A DNA stretch of 62,938 nucleotides, filler included, from Intoshia linei (Eukaryota; Animalia; Orthonectida), in the NCBI GenBank assembly GCA_001642005.1. It is 5 parts of 5 records of this genome, joined end to end, with 100 filler letters (N's around TTAATTAATTAA, not from the genome) between each part and the next. Parts side by side here need not be neighbours in the genome. Positions count along the whole stretch, not along the records: positions 47,093 to 56,528 come from LWCA01001361.1; positions 56,629 to 60,464 come from LWCA01002024.1; positions 60,565 to 62,938 come from LWCA01002330.1; 2 more parts are not named here. One strand, 5' to 3'. The notes beneath the pieces were generated by a model, which did no database searches, was not told where the DNA came from, and saw nothing but the letters and a program-made list of their open reading frames with translations. The translations under genes were made by a program, and so were the position numbers. Below are positions 53,201 to 62,938 of the stretch, one piece after another (position 1 is the first letter of the stretch; each line of letters opens with the position of its first letter).

Positions 53201-54174
53201 ATGAAGTATATAACACGCAGTGTGAACTATCAATATGATAGCGATGAAAGCAGATACTGAATATATTCCATCAAATTATGATAAAATAAAAATCCGAACC
53301 TATAAAGCTTAAGGCCTCTTCGACTGACTCGAATGAAAAACAGGCTACATAAAAAATTTAAACAAACAATTAGTAGTGTCATATAGCTCCTAGCCACGCC
53401 TTCAACGCTCTTGCCTTGACATTTTAAATTTAACTCACAAAATAGTCATGATATTCAAGAATATAATTTTTTAATGCTCAATTTGAAAAAATAAGGGTCC
53501 ACAAAGAGAGGTATGGTACAGTAGGTTCGGCACTGCGAAAAGAATTTGCAATTTAATTTTTTCCGGAATTCAAGCTATTTATAAAGATTTTTAAGATTGT
53601 ACTGTTATTACTTTATGTTTAACATTATACACTAATTATCTCTAATACATTTAAAAAAACGGATTACAAAATCCAGATCACTGGCTTCAACAGATCTAGG
53701 TACCGTGTGTACGAAGTACATAACAGTCAAGATGGTAAATTATAAATTTTACATTACATTGTATAAATCTAGTACAAGGGTTATGGATTATGCCCAATTT
53801 ATTTATACCATTTGAATTTGAAATATTTTAATTATATATTGAAGTTATGTACCAATCACTTTATATTTTTTCAGAACCTGTTTCTTCATAGATATCATAT
53901 CATCCAAAGAGTATATTTTACTAAAAATTTAAAACTTTAAAATGATATTGTGTTACCCAAAATATTCTTCACGACAATACATATTTTTGTCATTGTCATT
54001 TGTTGTTTCAGAATTTGGTACGTGTTTTATTTCGCTTAATTTTTCTTTATTTATCACACCATTTTGATTTTCATCATTATGGGAATTTACATTATTGTTA
54101 ATTTCTTCAATTTTTTCACAATAATTTGTCTCTTCTTGACATACATTTTCTGTATTGGTACATTGAGAATTCAT
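50273..54174 (-). CDS. Unknown small protein, about 127 aa, with a YxxxxM-hydrophobic motif
   Basis: Exons 53957-54174, 53853-53920 (36-nt intron) and 50273-50370 are phase-consistent (384 nt). Confidence 0.5.
51841..52282. mobile_element. hAT MITE
   Basis: cagtggttcccaaa ... tttgggaaccactg. Confidence 0.75.
52469..53094. mobile_element. hAT MITE with perfect 8-bp TSD
   Basis: GGTATGTA|cagagccatcttaag ... cttaaaacggctctg|GGTATGTA. Confidence 0.85.
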
Positions 54175-54740
54175 TATATTTTTTTTGAGTCTTTCTAATT
54201 TGTCAAGATTAGATTAAATTCATCAATAAAAAATTATATATTACTAGAGTGATTATTTTGCTGGGTTTACTTATTTTTTCGGGTTTATAGATGAATTTAA
54301 TTAAATCTGTTTATAACTTTGATTAAAATATGTGATATTTTAGTAACTTTATTTATATTAAAAAAATATTTCCAAAACTTTATTTATTTGTTAAAATATT
54401 TAAGATTATGAAAATTTCAAAATAACAAAACAAAGTCGTCATTTACAATTTTATCAGTGAAATTATGGCAATTAGATGTAAAACATTGCATCGATCTGTA
54501 GTGTATCTTTATCAAACCTGTTAATATGTTTATATTAGGTTGGTAGAATTCGATTTATTTAGCTCAGATATTGGTAAGAATAATTCTTACTAAGAATATA
54601 CCTTAATAATGATAAGATATTTACATTTTATTTATTTAAGATTAGATAGAAAATTAAAATATGTTAATATTTTACGCAGGATATTGGTTTATATACAGGA
54701 TACATCACACTATTTAGCATCGTCTTGCTTATATATACAG

Positions 54741-55018
54741 TAGGGATGTGAAAAAATTTTTAAAATTAAGTGCAGGATCGGAAAAAGTTGAGTAATTAAT
54801 CAAAAATGACAATACATAAAAAAATATTTAAATTTGATAAAAAATTTGCAAAGACGCTTGCCATTTTAAAGATTCCATACAAAAATGTTTTACAAGCGTC
54901 GCGGCAAAAAAATCTCAAAAATCACTTTTTTTCAGTGTAGCCATAAAACTCTTATATGCGACTTTATCCGTTTCTGCCCTATAGAATTTCCAAAAAAACT
55001 ACTAAAATTCACACCCTA
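54741..55018. mobile_element. hAT MITE with perfect 8-bp TSD
   Basis: ATATACAG|tagggatgtgaa ... ttcacacccta|ATATACAG. A partial second copy lies at about 31540-31625. Confidence 0.8.
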
Positions 55019-55739
55019 ATATACAGTACCTATAATGCTATTCTTGCTCTTTATTGCATTCATTTTAAATTATAAATTGCAACGCTGTGCCTGCGACCAT
55101 CAATGGCCCGATCGAAGATTTTTTTATTTTATGATTTTTTTTACCTTGTTTAAATTTTATTTTTATATCCTTTTTTATGCATTTTTCCATGTAAACCACT
55201 GAAATTATTTTTTTAATTGTATTAAATTTAAGACCTTATTCACAAGTAAATGATGAAAATCTTAATGGAGGAAGAGATCATAATATTATCAAGAAGATTC
55301 GAAGAAGATTTTTTATTTATTCAATATAAATCTAAAAACATGTTTATTGTGCAGAAATGTCTGTATGTATAGTATACAATGTATACTATACATTGTACAA
55401 TGCGCGACATAAGTCTTGGGTTTATTAGTCTTATTTTCATTAAAAACCACTATAAAGTTAATAAGGCGAATCTTGAAATTAAATATAAGACTAATTAAGA
55501 CTGAGATCACCAATATATAACCATGTTGATGTCATAAACTACCTATAAAAATATACATTTTAATACAGTTTTGTTTGCGATATTAAAAATATTGACGACA
55601 TAAGTCTTAGGCACCTTGACAGTTTCAATTAAAATTAATTAAATATCCATTAAAACGAAAAATGTAATGAATTACTAATGATCTATAAATTAAAAATAAC
55701 TATTTGTTTAGTAAATTACGCGATCAAGTGACAAAAAAA

Positions 55740-56528
55740 CATATAATGCAGTGTCTTAATGCAATGAAGAAAAAAGTCAGGGTTTTATAAGTAAAACCTT
55801 TAGTATTTATCAATGTGCGTTTCAAAATATTATTAAAAAATACAAAGAGGGTTTATGCATAGTTTTTTTTCCAAGATCATATGGAAACCGCATGCTGACA
55901 GTCAGAGAAAATACTATTATAATACGGGAATCAAAGAAAAACCCTTACTTGACAGTATTAAAGGTTAAAATACACTCTAATATTACAAAAAAACCTATTT
56001 TAAAGACGGTGCAACATGTGTTATATAGATTTGGATTATATGGAAGATTTGCAAGTCGAAAACCGTTTCTTAAAAAAATTTACAGAACAAAACGTTTTAA
56101 AAGGTGTAAGTAAAAAGTGGCATGAGCGAACCAATAGAAAAATATAAGCTTCACTGATGAAAGTTTATTTAAATTATTTACAAAAGGAAGAGTATACGTT
56201 TAAAAACGTGAAAAACAAAATTCTTATCAATGTAGATAAGTAGAAGTATTACAATTACCCAGTAAAATATGATTTGGGTGGTATTAGGGAAAATGGAAAA
56301 AGAGTATTAATAAAGTGTATAGGAGGAATAAATGCTCAAGAATACCAGAGAATCTTTAAAAAAGCAAACGAATAACATTTTTGGATGGATTGAAGAAACA
56401 TCAAGATTGTGAACCGTGTCAAAAAGCAAAGACAATCCGTTCATTCATAAGGGGTAATTGTATAAAAAAATCATAAGATTTACCGGTACAAAGTCCAGAT
56501 TTAAACATTATTGAAGACATGTGAAAAA
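55740..56528 (+). pseudogene. Decayed Tc1 transposase
   Basis: Fragments RFGLYGRFASRKPFL, FTDES, IWGGI, QDCEPC and PVQSPDLNIIE, with stops and frameshifts. Confidence 0.85.
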
Positions 56529-56628
56529 NNNNNNNNNNNNNNNNNNNNNNNNNNNNNNNNNNNNNNNNNNNNTTAATTAATTAANNNNNNNNNNNNNNNN
56601 NNNNNNNNNNNNNNNNNNNNNNNNNNNN
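56529..56628. other. Assembly gap spacer
   Basis: N44-TTAATTAATTAA-N44. Confidence 0.97.
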
Positions 56629-57130
56629 GCAGGTATCAAAACTGTATTGTCAGGATATTGCAAAGGCTTGTATAAAAACACAAAATGCGAAAATGCAAAC
56701 CATTTTAAAAACTGTCACCAATTATGTAGTTCCTTCAAGACCAAGCTGTATTGATACATTAAACGAATAATATAATTTGCAATGATTTTCAACATTTCGG
56801 ATTGATGGAAAAAATGTATTCTTTTTTTAAATTCGAATTTGATCGTCATCTTTTAATAGAGGCTGAAGATACATTGCAGTCAATTCCTCATAAACGAAAC
56901 TATAATAGAAAAATATTGAATTCTCGTAAAAGCAATAAACTCATTATTTTATAATATCTATCTTTTTATTTTATTTATAAACTTCTCTCTGACGACATGT
57001 TGGATTTGTTGGCATGTTGGAAAGATTTTCAATCGAAACAAACTATAAACAATGCAATAAACCTAAAAAGCGCTTCAAACGTTTGTATCGTTTCAAGTGG
57101 TGATGTGACATCAATGATGAATAAAGATTA
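56629..57130 (-). pseudogene. Possible decayed spliced gene
   Basis: FVYEELTAMYLQPLLKDDDQIRI*KKNTFFPSIRNVENHCKLYYSFN|FLKWFAFSHFVFLYKPLQYPDNTVLIP across a short GT-AG intron, with an in-frame TAA. Confidence 0.3.
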
Positions 57131-58612
57131 AAAAATCAATTTAATTGTATAATAAATATAAATACATGTATTATAAATTTAGAATTTAAATTTTAGATTA
57201 TTTTTCAGTTAAAAAATTTTAGTTTTATATGGAACTTTAAACAACATAATTTTACATATTATCAGTCGGTATGCATATCGAGCCTCACTTCCATATTACT
57301 GAAATAAAATAATTAATATAATTAACGAAAAACAATGACAAATATAAATGGACCAACTAAATAAAACCAGACAATTGTTAACATAACACGATTAGCACTT
57401 TTAACAAGTTAATGAATAAACAAATATAAGATTTATAATCCTTCAATGACTTAAAATTGTGAGAAACAACATTGAAGGAATGCCTGACCATTTGGTCAGA
57501 TTATGATAGTTAACATTAAGAGGTTGTTAAATATTAGATAATTATTGGTGAATTAATAAACTAAAATTTCACTTTTATAATATTCGTATAATTATTCGTT
57601 TCAATTTTAAATTACTTTGAGTTTCAACACCAATAATAATTGTTTCCATGATTAATCATTATTTTTTGAAGATAATAAAGTATTTTCGTTTTTTTTCTGA
57701 TTTTAATTAATTAAAACGCAGAAACTAATAACACAAAAAAACTACACTTACCTGTAACGAATCTGCGTCCCATTTTAATTATCTTTATATAATTTTTATA
57801 AAAATTAATTGATTAGAATAAACACAGTTCAATTTTTTAGCTCGACATCTAGAGAGTTCATATTACTTTTTTTTCATTAAAATGTATTTAAAACGTAAGT
57901 AACTGAATTTCATGATACACTCAAATTTTCACAGTTAAAATAAATTTTTGGTAATTATAAATTTTGGAATTTTTATATTTGACCAATATCACAAAAACGC
58001 TCTGTGAGGTTAAATATTTCATTTTTTCTCTCCAAATTTGGTATATGTCTTAGTGGGTTGTACATTAATCGTATCCATGTTTAAAATATAATCCTTGGCG
58101 CCAATTAAGAAAAAGGGGGAAAAGCGTGCGAAAACCTTATAAAGGAAAACCGCTTAATGTTTTTATGGTAAATTTTTCTAAAAATATATTATTTAGGGGT
58201 TTTAAGTACTCCCTTCAGTGTGGTATAGGGTATTTTCAAAAAAAATCAATTTTTGTAAAAAACGAACAGCCCTAATGTATAATTGACTATATGTATGATC
58301 GAGATTTCACTGTACAGACAATATTCATCGTGGTAACTGCACGATGATGTAACGGAATTATTCATTAATTAAAACAGTACAGTGTAATGATTACATGAAA
58401 GTTAAATTTTTACGTTTTTGAAAAATTAAAAAATATTTAAATGAATGTTTGAAAATAATTGACATTTTTTAAAAACCTGTATATAAAAAATTTCCTTAGT
58501 AACATACTGTGCCTACCCAGACAATTTTTCCACGCCACGTCCCTGGTAATATTTAAACACAGTTTAAAAAATTACAAATTGAAGAATACACAAGTACGTT
58601 TATTTTAACATT

Positions 58613-59484
58613 TTAACATTTTTTAATTTTATTTTTCCTATTATTTTTCTGCAAGTCTACCATGAATTGACCAGATTTACTTTGATACTTACTGAAAAGA
58701 CAAAAACAACTGTAGCTAGAAACCAATAAAGCACAAAAAAATGGTAGATTAGTATTGATGTCATAAAATATACCAGCGGCAATGGGGCCAAAACATCTAC
58801 CAATGGAAACAATACTGGCCGACAACCCATTTATTTCTGAAACACTAATATGAGTCTCCGATTTTTCGTCATTTTTGATGTGTGATAATTTGTGTTTGGT
58901 GAGTAAACTCATTCCAATTCTAGAAATGTAATTGCTACAACTTTGTAACATGACAGGAATAAATACAATAATGTATTTATCGACTGTAATGAACAATGTG
59001 GCAGATATGCACTGAAGTATGTTTGCCAGAATAATAATTTTATAGTGATGGTTGTTTACATATTTTGATAGTCTCCCACTAAATAATCCCATTATCGACC
59101 CACTTGCTGCACCATAAGAAATTATAATTCCAATATTCACGTCTATTCCCATTTTACATGATAACGCAATGACTAAAATTGACCGTATCATTATACTCGG
59201 AAAACTCAAAGTAAAACGAAGAATCAGAATTTCGTAAAAATTGAAAAAAATAAATTTTAGTCGTTTCAGTTCCACGTAACTAGTTGATTTGAATTTTGAT
59301 AAACTATTTGATGTGTCAATTTTAGATTTTTTATTGTTGTCAAATAGATTAATTAGCATAAATTTCAAGTATTGAATACAACTGCGAATATCCAGTCCTT
59401 CTTTTTTCATGATACTTGGGTCAATATTTTTGATTTTTTTTATTTTATTCCTTATTGCAGGAATGTAGACGAATTTCACAATGC
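58613..59484 (-). CDS. MFS transporter (MFSD9/SLC22A18-like), terminal exon
   Basis: About 6 hydrophobic helices; motifs GLFSGRLSK and SEINGLSASIVSIGRCFGPIAAGIFYD. AG acceptor at 59485-59486; 5' exons not in view. Confidence 0.8.
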
Positions 59485-59704
59485 CTAATTTCGTGATTAA
59501 AAATTATTTAAAAATATCTTAAGTGTTTATATAATATTAATACTACGTGAATATGTAAGTGAGAGGGAAAAATGAAAATGAATTCTAAGTTGTAATATTT
59601 AATATTTTGGCATTTTTAAGTTGTTACGTTTAGTAATACTGAATTCTTTGAAGAAAACTACCTTCCATGGTTTAATTTGAATGAAGAATTTAAATTTTTT
59701 TTAA

Positions 59705-60062
59705 TATTCATGCAGGATAATGCGCCTTCCCATTCATCATCTCTCACAAGGACATTTCTGTCGGAAAAGGACATTAAGGGAACAAACTTATAGATTTGGC
59801 CTCCTAATAGTCCGGACTTAAACCCAATAGGTAATTATTGGAGCATGATAAATATGTAATAAGCTTTATAATATTTTAATAATAGTATTAATATAACATT
59901 TAGAAAGTTATATGCTGGTGGAACTCTTTATGACTCCCTGGAGATGCGATGCGATTAAGCAGGCACCTAGTTTAATTTTGCCAAATCGGGTCAAAAAGTT
60001 GATCGATTCCGTGGATGGTAGGCTTATTAAAGTCTTACAACTTCATGGGAACCATATTAAAC
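59705..60062 (+). pseudogene. Tc1 transposase catalytic-domain remnant
   Basis: FMQDNAPSH...WPPNSPDLNPIGNYWS...KKLIDSVDGRLIKVLQLHGNHI. Confidence 0.85.
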
Positions 60063-60464
60063 ATTATACCTACATTTTAATGATATGTTCCGTTGCATTT
60101 ATCAATATTTATTACATTTGCATAATATTTTGGTACACTTAGTATTTCTATTATTTAGATTATAGTTAATTATTTTCATTTAATTGTTTATATTATTATT
60201 TTTTTTATTTTTAATACCTGCGCAATGCGCATACTGTTCAAGTACATTCTCTAAAAAAATCAAAAAATTTATTTTACTTTTATGTTTTTACTATTTTTTT
60301 ATATCTGCATAACAAATTGGTAATGTTTAGTGTTTGCCTATGTCCAAGTTGTTCCAACTGATCCATAACGTTAATTTTTTATCATTTACTTATAACCAGG
60401 GTTCCCACTCTTTTTCACAACTAACGGGTAATTTACTATACAACTTCTCACAGACTAATAAAAC

Positions 60465-60564
60465 NNNNNNNNNNNNNNNNNNNNNNNNNNNNNNNNNNNN
60501 NNNNNNNNTTAATTAATTAANNNNNNNNNNNNNNNNNNNNNNNNNNNNNNNNNNNNNNNNNNNN
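60465..60564. other. Assembly gap spacer
   Basis: N44-TTAATTAATTAA-N44. Confidence 0.97.
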
Positions 60565-60783
60565 TATCCCATTTTTTTAATTTATTAAACAGAATGTGTG
60601 TATAATATTAAAAATAAATTAAAAACCGTCCGATCTTAAAAAAATTTATTAACTATTATTTTCAGTTATAATTAGTTTTTTATTAATTAATCATTACTAT
60701 TAAAATATCTCGTAACCCTTCAAAACTGTGGGTGGTCCCAATTTTAAAATACTATTTATGATCATATATGACTAAATATTTAG

Positions 60784-62822
60784 AATCAATGAAATTGAAC
60801 CGGCATATCTAAATTCACATTTATTACTTGAAAACCCTACACTATCATCATGTCCGTCAAATGAAAATACTGGTTGTGTTGAATCTAGTGAATTTAATAG
60901 TTTGGTTTCCGACTACAATTCAATGTCTGACCAATTCGCCATTATTCATACTAAATGTCTAGTGGCAAAAGTATATACAATGAATATAAATACGGGAACG
61001 ACGAACGATTTTATAGAATTTACAGGAGAAAATTATCCCAATTTAGATTGTTTGAATATATTTTTGGTATCTTTTGATCAAACAAGTCAATGTTCTTGTA
61101 TTATTGATGCTGGATCTTTCACTAATACATTTGGTATCTAAAAAACTAAAATATTATTTGTTTTATACATTTTTTTAGCAAAATGCAAAATTGACACTTC
61201 TTGTGATTTGGTACCTTTTGTAGAACATTCAATTTCAGTAATAGTAGAAAATAAAGGAAATGCATTAATGGAAGGAAACATTGAAAAGTTGATGAAGTTT
61301 ACCCTGATTCCAAATATTGATTCGTGTTTACCGGCTAGTCCAGATAATAGTGGGTCCATTAACGGGAAAACATTATTCCAGTTTGTTGGTAGTGGTTTAG
61401 GTTCTACTGACCCGTCAGTAGGAAATTTTGAATATATTCACATTTCAATTAATAATGTGCATTGTGAAAATGTTAATTTACATTCAAGTGTTAAAATTAC
61501 CTGTCTCACACCTTCCAATTTTATTGAAGAAGCTGATACATTGGTTAGCTTGTTGTTGTACGGGTATCCCATAGATTTACCTACAGGTTGTCAATTTTCG
61601 TATTTAACAGCAAAAACTCCAGTAATATCGACTATATCATCAGATTTTATTGCTTCAAATTCAAACATCGTCATTACTGGACTATATTTTGGAACTATAT
61701 CGAATGACATTATTCTTTCTTTTGGAGGAGTTAGTTGCGATACTGTTTCTTCTGTAACTGAAACTGAAATAACATGTCAACAAACGTCTTTACCTTATGG
61801 TGTTGTAAACGTTGAATTATCAATAACAAATTTTGGTCAGGCAACAATTGACGCTACTGCATCTTCAATAAATGTGGTACCATCCATAATACCAGCAGTG
61901 GTTGGATTAACGACGGGAAGTTTACAAGGTGGTAAAGAAATGATGTTTTACGGTAATGGATTAGATATAGAGAGTGGAAGAATTTTTCTAAGAGATGAAA
62001 ATTTGAATGATATTCCATGCGTAATCAGTGAAGGTGGAACGCATGATATGTTTTTCTGTATTACTACTAAAGTTGTTCAAGAATATATTGATTTGAATAT
62101 ATTTTTTATATATACCGTAAATGGTATTGATGTAGAAACAGATACTTTTGCAACTTTCAGTTATTTAAATTCAGCTACACCGTCTTTAACAGGAGTCAGT
62201 CCTGCAACAGGGAACGGTGGAACGGAGGTTACCATATCGGGTCAATTATTTGACAATTTATCCATTGTATCTATAAATGGCCAAGATTGTACTCTACTCA
62301 TTTTTAGTGATGTTGGGCCTACACTGACTTGTCAAGTCCCAACTAATTTACCTGGTACGTATGAGTTCAAGGTATTCAATCCAATATATGGATTAGCATT
62401 AGGAGTAGAAAGTTTTCAGTTTACATATGAAATGAGAGTTGATTCATTTTTGCCGACATCTGGAAGCATTATGGGTGGAACTATTTTAACAATAAATGGT
62501 GTAGGTTTATCGGCAAATGTAAAATTTTTCATTGGAAATGAACAATGCTCAGATGTTTTCTGTTTATCTGATTTTACTAGATGTGAGTGCTCAACTCCGA
62601 AATTGTTAGGTTTTATATTTTTTAATTTTTATGTTTTTATGGTGTAATAGATGCAGAAAACACCAAAATATTTGGTTATCAATACGATTCTGGAAATCGG
62701 ATAGAGCTAATCACTTCATTTACGTATTCAGATATTATGACGCCTACAGTGGCAAGTGTATCTCCTATTGTTGGAGGTACTGCCGGAGGAACCACGTTAA
62801 CTATACAAGGAACAAAATTTGA
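60784..62822 (+). CDS. PKHD1L1: Fibrocystin-L-like protein, internal exons with tandem IPT/TIG domains
   Basis: Exons 60784-61133, 61179-62609 and 62651-62822 are in phase. Repeated TIG units: PxxGSxxGGTxLTIxGxGL, FSYLNSATPSLTGVSP, ITCxTP. Confidence 0.78.
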
Positions 62823-62846
62823 GTAATCATATTTATACATATTGTC

Positions 62847-62938
62847 CAGTGTTTCCCAACCTTTTTTACTACATACACAATTGAAAAAAAGTATTGCACA
62901 ATTTGCACATTGTTAAATAAAAATGGACTACAAGCGCA
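62847..62938. mobile_element. Left end of a hAT MITE
   Basis: cagtgtttcccaaccttttt terminus. Confidence 0.5.

Noticed and set aside
1-62938. tRNA or rRNA genes
   Set aside because: No cloverleaf with A/B boxes or rRNA-like conserved segment was recognised by eye; a covariance search would be needed to exclude them fully.

Overview
This is a very AT-rich, intron-containing animal (metazoan) draft scaffold, not a prokaryotic one. Most introns are only about 30-55 nt; the long ones are filled with DNA-transposon debris. Four artificial 100-nt gap spacers (N44-TTAATTAATTAA-N44) interrupt it. The tiny introns, compact and divergent housekeeping proteins and low GC suggest a reduced parasite genome such as an orthonectid (inference only). 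Manual GT-AG splicing gives these genes: a miniature TAF3 (-), FTSJ1/Trm7 (+), SRP19 (+), SKIV2L/Ski2 (-, 3' end missing), PGAM5 (+), TRA2 (+), a phostensin/taperin-like PP1 regulator (+), a partial SLC6 transporter (+), two closely linked unknown ORFs (-), a partial MFS transporter (-) and internal exons of fibrocystin-L (+). Mobile DNA includes hAT MITEs with 8-bp TSDs, pogo- and Tc1/mariner-type elements, and an abundant TIR-less, Helitron/HINE-like family. The most notable unexplained items are a spliced antisense pseudogene nested in an FTSJ1 intron, a possible bicistronic locus whose upstream ORF carries an eIF4E-binding-like motif, and a hairpin abutting a candidate poison exon in TRA2. 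I found no convincing wholly new system. All coordinates and translations were derived by eye.
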